Shown in pieces: positions 19,496 through 29,661 of a DNA stretch of 64,000 nt. This DNA is from Chamaesiphon sp. (GTDB lineage Bacteria; Cyanobacteriota; Cyanobacteriia; Cyanobacteriales; Chamaesiphonaceae). Below the pieces are notes generated by a model. It worked only from the letters and a program-made list of their open reading frames with translations, did not search any database and had not been told where the DNA came from. A program made the position numbers and the translations under genes. Where the stretch lies: assembly GCA_965246715.1 (NCBI GenBank), contig CBDFFH010000020.1, positions 1 through 64,000 of the forward strand. Direction: 5' to 3'. Numbering within the stretch: the stretch's first letter is position 1; the number at the start of each line of letters is the position of its first letter.

Positions 19496-20563
19496 ATGAG
19501 ATTTTTAAATTGTAGCTTTCTATTCGCAATATTATCTTTAATAAGTGCCGTGGTTCCAGTGCAAGCTGTCAATGCACCACCTAAAGAATTAACTGCTTTT
19601 TGTTCTACCACTCGCAATGAATATGTCGAAAACGTCAGAAAAAGATACGAGAGCCAAGAATACAAAGGTGAAGGTGGTGCAGGTGCTGGAATTGGTGATG
19701 GAGGATTATTCAAGTTGGGGGGAAAGGGCAGTTACGACTGGAAGCGAACTTGGGATAATTTTGATAGCAATAAAAAGCAAGAATATACAAATAAAAACTG
19801 CGATGAAGTATTAAAACAGTGGGGTGCAGTTTCAATTGCAGAAATTCAAGCAGATGCTGAAAAAGCGATTAAGCGTATGCAGCTTGAAGGCGATAAATAT
19901 AGTGAAGATACAAAAAGAATTGTTGCTGGATTTAACTTGGAGGCAATAAATATCGATGCTACAACTCGCATAAGAATTGAAGAGTTGCAACAAGCAGGTA
20001 GAACTGAAGAAGCAAAAATTCTTTCAGAGGCTCTGCAACGAAAGATAGAAGTTCAAGAGAAAGGAATGACCGATAGAGTCAGAATTGAAACTGATGCTCT
20101 TATCGCTATGAATAAGGCTAATAACACAGTGGAATTAAAGAAAGCTGAGTTAAATGCTGCCGTTGCTAGTAGTCAAAGTTTTAATCAATTAATGGGTACT
20201 GGTATTCAGGGTTTGGTCACATATTTTGGAAGCAGAGCTGAAGTCGAAAAAGAAAAAATTAAGGCTGATGTTAGAATTAGAGAAATTGAAGCTCAAATAA
20301 AAATCGAGGAAATCAAAGCAAGAAATAACATAGATCCCAATTTATCGCTAATTCAAAGTTGGGAGCTAACTCCTACCTCATGCACTTCTGGAGGGCAGGT
20401 AGTAACTATCATGATTGACAGTAAACAGTACTGTGTTAATTCTCATCCCGATTTAACTGCTAGAAGCTATCAATATAATCGTTCAACAAATCAGTTAGAA
20501 ATTTTATCATCACAACCTATTCTCAATCCTAAGCCTACTTCTCAGTCTGGGTCAGGCTTATAG
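19496..20563 (+). CDS. Secreted coiled-coil hypothetical protein
   Basis: Signal peptide from MRFLN ending PVQA; Gly-rich segment; long charged helical region. Confidence 0.75.
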   Translation: MRFLNCSFLFAILSLISAVVPVQAVNAPPKELTAFCSTTRNEYVENVRKRYESQEYKGEGGAGAGIGDGGLFKLGGKGSYDWKRTWDNFDSNKKQEYTNKNCDEVLKQWGAVSIAEIQADAEKAIKRMQLEGDKYSEDTKRIVAGFNLEAINIDATTRIRIEELQQAGRTEEAKILSEALQRKIEVQEKGMTDRVRIETDALIAMNKANNTVELKKAELNAAVASSQSFNQLMGTGIQGLVTYFGSRAEVEKEKIKADVRIREIEAQIKIEEIKARNNIDPNLSLIQSWELTPTSCTSGGQVVTIMIDSKQYCVNSHPDLTARSYQYNRSTNQLEILSSQPILNPKPTSQSGSGL

Positions 20564-20594
20564 TTTTTTGTTAATAAATCTCAAGGAGTAACCT

Positions 20595-21260
20595 ATGAAA
20601 TTTAAATCTACTGCTCACTTTTTAGTTGCTGCTTTGGCTCTATCTAGTACTTGTACTATTGCATCTACAGTTCAAGCTAAACCTCCAGTAAGTAATAGTG
20701 GTGATAGTGACGTTTCTGTACCAGTAGTATCTACAAATGGTGGCACTAAATTTAGTTGCGTTCCTCAAAGTGATGGGAGTATCGCTACCGTTGGGCAACG
20801 CCCTGGTGGGCAACCAATTCCTCTAATTATTTGGACTCAAGAGGGTTCTAGCTACTTTGGAGGAAAATACACACCTCAGAATCGCTGCAATATTGTTACA
20901 CCCAAATTGAACGCAGCTATTGCTGCTAGCGGTGGTAGTTTAAAAAATGTTCTATTAGCTAACGGTCAGGTGAAGAAAGAAACCGTAGTCTGCGTCATTT
21001 CTGCTACACAGAGTGGTTGTAATTCAGCAAATGTTCTTTTTACCCTCAAACCGCAGAATGCACAACGCGCAGGTGAAATTCTCTCGCAGATAATGCAAAT
21101 TAGTCGTGAGGGTGCTAGCGGTGGCGTGATTCGTGAGACAAGCGGTCGTGTTCAGGTCAATTTAGGAGATTGGGAAGAGTTAACTATGGGTGTTGCTTCC
21201 AGTGAGCCTGTGAATTCTGAAAATCCTGTGATTCCTAAAAAAACCCGTGATTCCAGATAA
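20595..21260 (+). CDS. COP23-domain secreted protein
   Basis: KFSC...PLIIW...YTPQNRCNIVT...VVC...LFTLKP motifs; signal peptide; AGGAG RBS. Confidence 0.85.
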   Translation: MKFKSTAHFLVAALALSSTCTIASTVQAKPPVSNSGDSDVSVPVVSTNGGTKFSCVPQSDGSIATVGQRPGGQPIPLIIWTQEGSSYFGGKYTPQNRCNIVTPKLNAAIAASGGSLKNVLLANGQVKKETVVCVISATQSGCNSANVLFTLKPQNAQRAGEILSQIMQISREGASGGVIRETSGRVQVNLGDWEELTMGVASSEPVNSENPVIPKKTRDSR

Positions 21261-21318
21261 TGGTGGGGGTCTGTAATTACTGAAAGTGTAAAGATGCATA
21301 ATTACCCTTCGAGATCGC

Positions 21319-22243
21319 TTGGGGTATATGTATCTCTACATCTATTTAAAGTTAATTACTAATACAATAACCGTGGTTTATTCCATACATTACAGGTCTT
21401 TTTTAGCATTGTTTATTACCAGCATCCTGAGTGGGTTATCTTCTTATTCATCCGTTCAATCTGGATCTCTATCTGAGGATAATGTTAATAATTCAATGCA
21501 GCCATTCGCTCGCCATTCTGAAGTTGGAGTGTCCTTACTAGAAATTGCCAAGCGGGTAACTGTGAGAATTTTAACTAAGTCAGGTACTGGTTCAGGAGTA
21601 ATCATTAAGCGCGACGGGCAGACTTATACAGCACTGACAAACCATCATGTAGTGGCTGACAGTCCAAAAAAGGGTTATCAGGTAATTACTTGTGATGGGC
21701 AACTCTATCAAGCAAGGGGAGTAAGTCAAGCTAATTTTGGTTCATTAGATTTAGCACTGGTAGAGTTTACCAGTAAATCTAGATTATCAAGTAGTGGTAT
21801 TTGGTAAATCACAAATTTTTGCTGATGGGCAAATAGTTTACTCAGCAGGTTTTCCGGCATGGAATTTTAGTTTTGATAGAGACACAATAACTCAATTTGA
21901 AGAAACTCGTAATTTGGGAATAAAAGTTTTTAAACTTACAACGGGAAACTTAAAGGTTCAACTCAATAAAACGCTTGTTGGCGGTTATAAAATTGGTTAT
22001 ACAAATAATGTTGTGCAAGGAATGAGCGGAGGCCCGGTTTTAAATCAAAACGGAGAATTAATAGCAATTAATGGGTTGTTAAAATATCCTTTTCAAGGTA
22101 TTAACGCTTTCACTTTTACTGATGGTACTGTCCCTGACCAGCAGCTTTCTCAGCAAATTGAAGCTTTGAGTTGGGCAATTCCTGTAACTAATATTTATAG
22201 ATTGCTAACAAAACAAAAAATATTAAATGAATTTGGTTTGTGA
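21319..22243 (+). pseudogene. Trypsin-like serine protease split by a frameshift near 21780
   Basis: GSGVII, LTNHHVV and DLALVEF in 21319..21807; GMSGGPVLN in 21794..22243. Confidence 0.8.
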
Positions 22244-22284
22244 TTAGAGTTTGTTTTTATCTATAGTTTTATTGCAAAAAAAAC

Positions 22285-23281
22285 ATGAGTTTATCTAATG
22301 ATTTAATCAATAAGATTAGTTCGATGATAGTTGGTACAGCACTAGTGGTAGTAATGGTTGTTACGCTACCAACATCTGCTTATGCAGCCAGTAGTCAAGA
22401 AGTTGCTCAAATTGCTAAAAAAACTACAGTCCAAATCAACAATGTCGGTAGTCCTTCTCCTGGAGGTTCAGGAGTAATTATTGCTAAAGAAGGCAATACT
22501 TACACTGTTTTAACTGCCAATCATGTCGTGTGTGATGCTTTAGATAGACCAGGCGCGATTGTTTGTTCTAGCGATATTACTTACTCAATTCGCACTTCTA
22601 CGGGAAGAGAGTATCCTGTTAAAGATATTAAAGTTTTACAAAAAAGTAAAGATGATGCGGATTTAGCAGTAGTCACATTTGAAGCAACAGAAGATTATCC
22701 AGTTGTGACTTTAGCTAATTCTGACCAATTGAAAGTTACTCAAGATATTTATTTAGCTGGTTTTCCTGCTACTTTTCAAAAGTCTGGAGTAGCTAGAGAG
22801 TTTAATCTCCCAAAAGGCTCAATAATTTCCTTTCAAAACAATGCTTTAAATGGTTATAGCTTAGTGCATAATGCTCTAAGTCTTAAGGGAATGAGTGGGG
22901 GGCCTGTACTTGATAGCAGTGGTCGAGTAATAGCAATTCATGGACTAGCTGATGGGATATCTGGAGGAAAGTCTGGGTTTAATGCTGCAATTCCAATTAA
23001 CACGTTTATATCAATATGGTCTCAAATTCCAGGTGCGACAAAATTAGCGATAGAGAATAAATCTCAATATGGAAATTTCCCAGATTGGGTTTGTTGGAAA
23101 TTGGACAAATGAGTGTACGAAGCTATTTAGCGAGCAAGCCTGTTTGTGTACGGCTCAAAAGGTGACATCTAGTTTTACTTATGAGGAAGTTTTGGAAATA
23201 AACCAAGTTGTTCGAGGGGGATATAAACCACCACAGAAGATTGTGGATCTTTACAGATCTTGTGGTGTCAATCCTTTTTAG
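22285..23281 (+). CDS. Trypsin-like serine protease, probably continuing (frameshift near 23087) into a Cys-rich C-terminal domain
   Basis: LTANHVV, DLAVV, GMSGGP; removing one G in TGGGTTT joins it to ORF 23069..23281 (ECTK...CLCTA...RSC). Confidence 0.75.
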
Positions 23282-23361
23282 GATAAATTAAAGTTACTAA
23301 AGTACTTTCATTTTTAGTTGAATCACATCTGAAGTTTGTAGTTTTTAGGGGAATCGAAGAT

Positions 23362-24789
23362 ATGCGTTTATATTCCAATAAATTCAATAATTATCCCTCT
23401 AGGATATTGGGTACAGTAGTAGTGGCAGTAATAGTAGTTACTCTACCAATATCTGCTTATGCAGCCAGTAGTCAAGAAGTTGCCCAAATTGCTAAAAAAA
23501 CTACAGTCCAAATCAATAATGTCGGTAGTCCTTCTCCTGGAGGTTCAGGAGTAATTATTGCTAAAGAAGGCAATACTTACACTGTTTTAACTGCCAATCA
23601 TGTCGTGTGTGATGCTTTAGATAGACCAGGCGCGATTGTTTGTTCTAGCGATATTACTTACTCAGTTCGCACTTCTACGGGAAAAGAGTATCCTATCAAA
23701 GAAACTAAAGTTTTACAAAAAAGTAAAAATGATACGGATTTAGCAGTAGTCACATTTGAAGCAACAGAAGATTATCCAGTTGTGACTCTAGGGAATTCTG
23801 ACCAAGCGGAAATCGCCGCAGATATTTTTGTTGCTGGTTTTCCGGCAATATTTGGAAAATCAGGGACAGCCAGAGACTTTACTTTTACTAAAGGGTTGGT
23901 AGTTTCTCATACTAGTAGTGCCATCAATGGTTATAGTTTGATTTACGATGCCAGAACCATGACGGGTAATAGCGGAGGTCCAGTATTTGATGTGGCTGGA
24001 AGACTTGTAGCAATTCATGGACTCGCAGATACTTCCACACAGAGTAAATCAGAAACAGGAAATTCAATACCACAGAAATCAGGTTTCAATGCAGGGGTTC
24101 CAATTAATACCTTTTTGGCGATGCGATCGCAAATCTCCAGTATCAGTTCAATTAAGCAAGACAATACTTCCACAGGAGTAAATTCTTCTATTCGTTTGAG
24201 TAAGCCTCAGTCTGCCAGAGATTTTTATGCAAGAGGTCTAACGAAGATAGAGCAAAGTAGTACTAGGGCAGATCGAGGTGCAATAGAAGATTTCAATCAA
24301 GCAATTCGGCTTGACCCTAACTTTGATGAAGCCTATTTACAATTAGGAAGTGCTTACCATAACCGTGGCTTACAGGGTAAAGATGCTAACAGTTCTTTGA
24401 ATGCTTATAAAGTAGCAATTGAAAATTATAGTAAAGCACTTCGTATTAACCCTGACTTTTTTGCAGCTTATCTACAACGGGTAAAAATTTATGGTGAAAT
24501 TAACGAGATTTTTGCTCGTACAAAAACTGATGCTACAACTATAAATGAGAATATTCAAGCAGCCTTTGAAGATATTAATCAATTACTGCGAATCGATCCA
24601 AATTCTCCTTATGCATATCGTGAACAGGGAGCTTTCCGCTTCGAGCAAAAGGATTATCAGGGAGCATTTGTGTCTTATCAAAAAGCTGTTGAAAACTTTG
24701 AAAGAAGAAAAATTACAGGTCATGCTTATGATAATAGCCGAACCCTGCTTGATTTTCTTAAACGTTATCATGATAAGCTAGGGCTTTAG
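23362..24789 (+). CDS. Trypsin-like serine protease with C-terminal TPRs
   Basis: LTANHVV, DLAVV, GNSGGP followed by AIEDFNQAIRLDP-type TPRs. Confidence 0.9.
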   Translation: MRLYSNKFNNYPSRILGTVVVAVIVVTLPISAYAASSQEVAQIAKKTTVQINNVGSPSPGGSGVIIAKEGNTYTVLTANHVVCDALDRPGAIVCSSDITYSVRTSTGKEYPIKETKVLQKSKNDTDLAVVTFEATEDYPVVTLGNSDQAEIAADIFVAGFPAIFGKSGTARDFTFTKGLVVSHTSSAINGYSLIYDARTMTGNSGGPVFDVAGRLVAIHGLADTSTQSKSETGNSIPQKSGFNAGVPINTFLAMRSQISSISSIKQDNTSTGVNSSIRLSKPQSARDFYARGLTKIEQSSTRADRGAIEDFNQAIRLDPNFDEAYLQLGSAYHNRGLQGKDANSSLNAYKVAIENYSKALRINPDFFAAYLQRVKIYGEINEIFARTKTDATTINENIQAAFEDINQLLRIDPNSPYAYREQGAFRFEQKDYQGAFVSYQKAVENFERRKITGHAYDNSRTLLDFLKRYHDKLGL

Positions 24790-24871
24790 ATGTAGATATA
24801 GGCTTAATAAGTTAGGGTACTAAAAAAGTAGAAGGCGTAGAAGTAGGGTAAACACATTTAAATTTGATTAG

Positions 24872-24996
24872 GATGTGGCGATCGAAAAAGTTGCGCGAAC
24901 CCGCAATTTTATGTGCGTGAATTTCTCTATCTTTAGCCAGAAGAAAAATGAACAATATATATGTCAACCGATTCAAATAGTTGATTACTAGCTTGA
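24872..24996 (+). promoter_or_regulatory. Conserved upstream element, copy 2
   Basis: Near-identical to 18644-18765; precedes the VMO-I gene. Confidence 0.8.
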
Positions 24997-25037
24997 CTGA
25001 TAGTATGACAGTATTTGAATATGAGAGAGATCCAAAA

Positions 25038-25661
25038 ATGCAAAAAACACTATTTTTTTTGAGCTTAACTTCGACCACATTTTTCATTAGTATTATTGGT
25101 AATCAGAATATTTTAAGCCAGGATATTCGTAAGGATCTTATAGGGATAAAATATGGTGGCACAGGAACTACTTGGGGTAGCTGGTCTAATCCGGTTTATT
25201 GTCCACCTGGAACCTGGGCTGGTGGATATTCGATGCGAGTAGAGCCAAGTAGACCAAAGAATGACGATACAGCCATGAATGCAATCGCGTTATATTGCTA
25301 CAATCGAACTGGTTCTCTAGTTCAACGCATTTCTCCACATCCAGGATATTGGGGATACTGGGGTGAAGCTGTAAGCTGTTCAAAAAATAATTTCTTTACC
25401 CATTTTCGGCTAAAAGGAGAGGGTACTCTACCACCAGGCGGAGATGATACATCTGTTAATTCTGTTGCATTCAGATGTAGTAACGGTGCAACTCTTGAAG
25501 GGGGCAACGGAGGTCCTTTTGGAAACTGGTGGGAGTGGCAATTTCCTCCTAATAATAATTCTGCCATTTGTGGGGTTAAAGCAAGAACTGAATCGCCGCA
25601 AGGTAACGGGGATGATACTGCACTTAATAGTCTTGAGTTTTCTTTTTGTACTATAAAATAG
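25038..25661 (+). CDS. Secreted VMO-I (vitelline membrane outer layer protein I) beta-prism family protein
   Basis: Three repeats with (W/F)GxW...DDT(A/S)xN...C pattern; signal peptide from MQKTL. Confidence 0.85.
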   Translation: MQKTLFFLSLTSTTFFISIIGNQNILSQDIRKDLIGIKYGGTGTTWGSWSNPVYCPPGTWAGGYSMRVEPSRPKNDDTAMNAIALYCYNRTGSLVQRISPHPGYWGYWGEAVSCSKNNFFTHFRLKGEGTLPPGGDDTSVNSVAFRCSNGATLEGGNGGPFGNWWEWQFPPNNNSAICGVKARTESPQGNGDDTALNSLEFSFCTIK

Positions 25662-25759
25662 GTCAATCGGAAAAAACTACGATTGAGTCGGTATCTACAA
25701 GTTTATCTTTTAGTGTTTGTCTGGAGACTATTCACGTACAAACAAGATCTTTTGCATAG

Positions 25760-27354
25760 GGTTCTACCGAACTTACTATGCTAAATCAAGGATTGAAATG
25801 CCATGCTAGCAAACTTCTGATCTGAAAATTCTCAAAATTTCTAAACCCATATCCCATTCTTTTTATTAGCTTGAGTTTATTGTTAATTCCTTCGACGACT
25901 CCTTGAGTTGTTCTATTATCAAAATAGGCAATTATTTCAGGTTCTACCGAACTTACTATGCTAAATCAAGGATTGAAATGCCATGCTAGCAAACTTCTGA
26001 TCTGAAAATTCTCAAAATTTCTAAACCCATATCCCATTCTTTTTATTAGCTTGAGTTTATTGTTAATTCCTTCGACGACTCCTTGAGTTGTTCTATTATC
26101 AAAATAGGCAATTATTTCACCAATCCATCTTTTAATAGTTCCACAACTCTTGGGGAATTTCCCACAAGCATTCTTGAGCCAGTCACACAAGCTTATTAGC
26201 CCATTTCCCCAATCTGTTTTTGATTCAAATATATCTCTAAATAACTCTTTTGTTTTGTGCATTGCTGCTAATTCTGGAAAAACGTCTCCAATCTCTTTCA
26301 ACTTCTCTTTTTGCAATTCATTCAAATCCGCTTCGTTTTTGAGTATTGCATATTTACTGTGAGTTAATGCTGCTAATTTCTTGTTCTTTTCATCTTTGTT
26401 CTTCACCCTCTCAGCCTCTCTTTTGATTTTAATTCTCTCTCGATCTAACTCTTCATTTATCTGTTTCATTACATGAAATCTGTCTCCAACCACTTCAGCA
26501 TTTGGTATCAATTCATTTACCAGACTTTTGTATGATGAAAATAGATCGATACTTACTTCTGTAATTTGGTTCAAAACCTCCGAACCCCAAGACTTCAAGC
26601 ACTCACCAATACATTCTTGAGTCCTTTTTGGTAAGATGGCTATTAACTCTCTTTTTTCTAGATCTACTAACACCGCACAATAGTTTTTTTGCCCTTTAAC
26701 AAAGGCAATTTCATCAATTCCTAGTCTGGTTAAATTCTCTGGCTTTTTTTGCACTAGATTTACCCCAGCTTTTTTGATTATTGTCTCCACTTCTTGCTCA
26801 CTTAATCCATTTCTTTTGGCAACACTTTTAATATCACTAGCTAGACTCTCTTCGACAATCTTCTGCTTCATTCGCTCGGTGAAATGACTTCTCTTTTTGA
26901 TGAAATTTAATTCCTCACTGAATTTTCGACCACAACTCATACACTTGAATTGACGACGATTAATTTTAAGGTAAACATCATGTTCACCGAATGGTAGATC
27001 TCTCACTGTTAATTGGTGATTCTCATGAAGTTTATTACTTTCAGTTCCACAATGAGGACACACTGCTTTTAATTGCTGATTTTCTAGATAAATAAAATAA
27101 CCGATTTCATCTAAGATCTTATAAGCAGTGACGGTCATTCCGTCGATATTAAGAATTTCATTAATGGTTTTTAGTTGCGATTTGGATGACATAATGCAAT
27201 TCAAGCTTATTTGTTGCCAGAAATCAAGATCTTACTATTCTATAATAAAATCTGTCATTTATGCTGCACCAAGCTTCCATAACTCAAAATTATCAATTTT
27301 GTCAATTAAACTTGATTCTTATCCACTACTTAGCATAGCAAGTTCGGTAGAGCC
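25760..27354 (-). mobile_element. ISL3 copy (25940-27354) preceded by a 180-bp duplicate of its end (25760-25939)
   Basis: Same sequence as 11202-12616; 8-bp TSD TTGCATAG (25752-25759, 27355-27362) flanks the whole compound structure. Confidence 0.95.
25966..27204 (-). CDS. ISL3-family transposase (identical protein to 11228..12466)
   Basis: Identical translation in the ORF track. Confidence 0.95.
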   Translation of the reverse strand: MNCIMSSKSQLKTINEILNIDGMTVTAYKILDEIGYFIYLENQQLKAVCPHCGTESNKLHENHQLTVRDLPFGEHDVYLKINRRQFKCMSCGRKFSEELNFIKKRSHFTERMKQKIVEESLASDIKSVAKRNGLSEQEVETIIKKAGVNLVQKKPENLTRLGIDEIAFVKGQKNYCAVLVDLEKRELIAILPKRTQECIGECLKSWGSEVLNQITEVSIDLFSSYKSLVNELIPNAEVVGDRFHVMKQINEELDRERIKIKREAERVKNKDEKNKKLAALTHSKYAILKNEADLNELQKEKLKEIGDVFPELAAMHKTKELFRDIFESKTDWGNGLISLCDWLKNACGKFPKSCGTIKRWIGEIIAYFDNRTTQGVVEGINNKLKLIKRMGYGFRNFENFQIRSLLAWHFNP

Positions 27355-27408
27355 TTGCATAGTGCCTATCTTTAAACAAAGAAATTACACTCCTGCCATC
27401 GCACCCTC

Positions 27409-28737
27409 ATGAAAAATCGTCGTAATTCTCTATTCTGCCTCAGCGCATTTTCTCTTAGTTTGCTCTTAATTATCAACCCATTAGGAATAAGTAGACTCAC
27501 TGTAAAAAAAGTCAACGCTCAACCAAAACCTCGACCTTATGTTGTTTTTGTTAATGGTCAAGGAAACTGTTGTACATGGGGCATGACAGCTTTACAAGAA
27601 AGATTGGAAAGGGATCTTGAAATTACACGAAATGATATGCGATTTGTTCCCTATAGCAATTTTAGGGATGGAGGTCAAAGTGGGGGTGGTAATCGATCTG
27701 ATTGGTCAAGTGTAGATACACAATTTTTGAGGGATGGTGCAGATTTTATCAACAATCAGCTTGATAGAAATCGTCCTTTGATTTTGATTGGGCACAGTTT
27801 TGGAGGAGATTCCATTTTAAGCCTTATCCTTCGTATAAACCGACGAATTCAGTTTGTTGCAGTCATCGATCCTGTAGCGGCTGGTGCACTTCGCGGCCCG
27901 ATTGTTCAAAATCGTCCAGTCCCTTCAAAGGTTGAGTATTTCTTCAATAGATGGCAAGAAAATTATCCTTGGCCTATTGACTTTAAACGAAGCGGGCAAG
28001 TTTTTAGTTGTGAGGCAAGTAGCCAGGGAAGAAGAAATTGCGATCAAGATTCACAAAATATAGCTAGGAATGCAGACTCCTCCCCAATAACACAGGAGTG
28101 CGGATGGCTCGAAACAACTTGTCCTGGTTATCTTGCTCCGAATCCATTCAGACGAGATCATCCTGGGGGTAGAAAAGGGACAAAACAAGTAAGAGTTGGT
28201 CATCAGGAGCTTCCACAAGATGCCTATCTTCAACAAACTCTTGGAGATAAAATCATCGCCCAAAGTGGCAGTTGGGTATCTGTAGGTGAGGTACATAATC
28301 CTGTTACAGCTACGATCGATCCAAACTCGCGCCCTACTGAATTTGACCGTTGTATGAAACGCACTGGTAATTCTAGCTTCTGTCTCAATGGCAGGAATCC
28401 AAATCTAGTGGAAATTCAGGGTAGCTTAGGCGCAGGTTTTCCAACTTTGAATGATGGCCGCCTCTACAAAGAACATTCGTTTACTGGACCTGCGGGTGAG
28501 CAAGTTACTATTACTCTGTCAAGCTCTGAGTTTGACACTTATCTAATCCTGCTTGATTCACAGGGTAACAAGATCGGTGAAAACAATGATGCTCGCCGAG
28601 AGACGACTGATTCACAGTTAACTATTACCTTACCTAATAGCGGAACCTATCGAATACTTGTCAAGGCTAATAACAGCACTGGGCGGGGGCAGTATACACT
28701 GAGCATTCTCGATGGTACTCGCCTTTTGTTTGACTGA
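27409..28737 (+). CDS. Secreted alpha/beta-hydrolase-fold protein with C-terminal PPC domain
   Basis: Signal peptide; nucleophile elbow LIGHSFGG; C-terminal GEQVTITLSSSEFDTYLILLD...NND...LPNSGTYRI. Confidence 0.8.
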   Translation: MKNRRNSLFCLSAFSLSLLLIINPLGISRLTVKKVNAQPKPRPYVVFVNGQGNCCTWGMTALQERLERDLEITRNDMRFVPYSNFRDGGQSGGGNRSDWSSVDTQFLRDGADFINNQLDRNRPLILIGHSFGGDSILSLILRINRRIQFVAVIDPVAAGALRGPIVQNRPVPSKVEYFFNRWQENYPWPIDFKRSGQVFSCEASSQGRRNCDQDSQNIARNADSSPITQECGWLETTCPGYLAPNPFRRDHPGGRKGTKQVRVGHQELPQDAYLQQTLGDKIIAQSGSWVSVGEVHNPVTATIDPNSRPTEFDRCMKRTGNSSFCLNGRNPNLVEIQGSLGAGFPTLNDGRLYKEHSFTGPAGEQVTITLSSSEFDTYLILLDSQGNKIGENNDARRETTDSQLTITLPNSGTYRILVKANNSTGRGQYTLSILDGTRLLFD

Positions 28738-29157
28738 TCTCTTGCTTGGGGTAGTTGATTAGATTCAGTAGGATGGGTACTGCCCACCAGCTAGATTTCA
28801 GGCATAATCTGTACTTTACATCCTCGATCGATGTCCGATAAATTTGAAACCCAGATCGCCGACTGGATAATTTAATATTGTGAGATTGGGGTCTCGATCG
28901 ATGAATCTAGACAGTAGAGCGAGATTCGCGAGCGACCGAACCGATACACCAGATGTTCGATAAATTTACATTACTTTACAACCTACAAAAATATTTAGTT
29001 ACTTTTTCCTACTGATGCCTCCATCCCGATCGAGTCACAATGAAATCTAAATCGATCGGTCATTGTGCTACAAAGATTATCTGCGTCCAGTGAGTGGAAA
29101 CGTTAGACCGACCGTTAGGCAAAGATATTAACAATTAGTAGCAAGGAGTAAAAATTT

Positions 29158-29418
29158 ATGAAAACCAAATTTCTTGTGTGTATTGGAGTTTTAAGTGTTA
29201 TTGTTTTGCTAATTTCTTCTTTGATTCCAACACCTGCAAAAAATTGCTCTGGTTGGAGGGGGAGTAAAATGTGTAGATGGCAAGAGTATCGCACGCACTG
29301 TAAAACACCAACAGGGAAAGGTTGTTCTGCTCAATATCGCGAATGCCAAGAATTCTACAGTTCAGGTAGAGAAATATCGAATGGGCAGCAATGCGGTGAT
29401 TGGCAGAAAAGATTATAG
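29158..29418 (+). CDS. Small secreted six-cysteine peptide
   Basis: AAGGAG RBS, hydrophobic signal peptide, six Cys in a ~58 aa mature region. Confidence 0.7.
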   Translation: MKTKFLVCIGVLSVIVLLISSLIPTPAKNCSGWRGSKMCRWQEYRTHCKTPTGKGCSAQYRECQEFYSSGREISNGQQCGDWQKRL

Positions 29419-29661
29419 GGTGAAGTCGTCCCAGTTAGCTCGGCAAGTTTGAAATTCAGTCGATCGTTCAACACTTCTGCAATGAATCATTATCATCTAG
29501 TCTTTTTGGTTATCGCTAGTTCGATCGCGAATCGTGCCGTCAAATCATCAAACTGTCGCAGGATGGAAAAGTAGGTACGTCTAGCTCGATCGCTTCAACG
29601 ACACTAATGTGTCTTCACGACAAATAAAAAATCACTGTACAAAAGCAAACGCAGAAGTAAG

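Noticed and set aside
24812..25087. ORFs 24812..25087 and 35206..35439 sharing AKDRxIHAHKIAGSR
   Set aside because: The similarity is the antisense reading of the conserved non-coding element; starts and stops are not conserved between copies.
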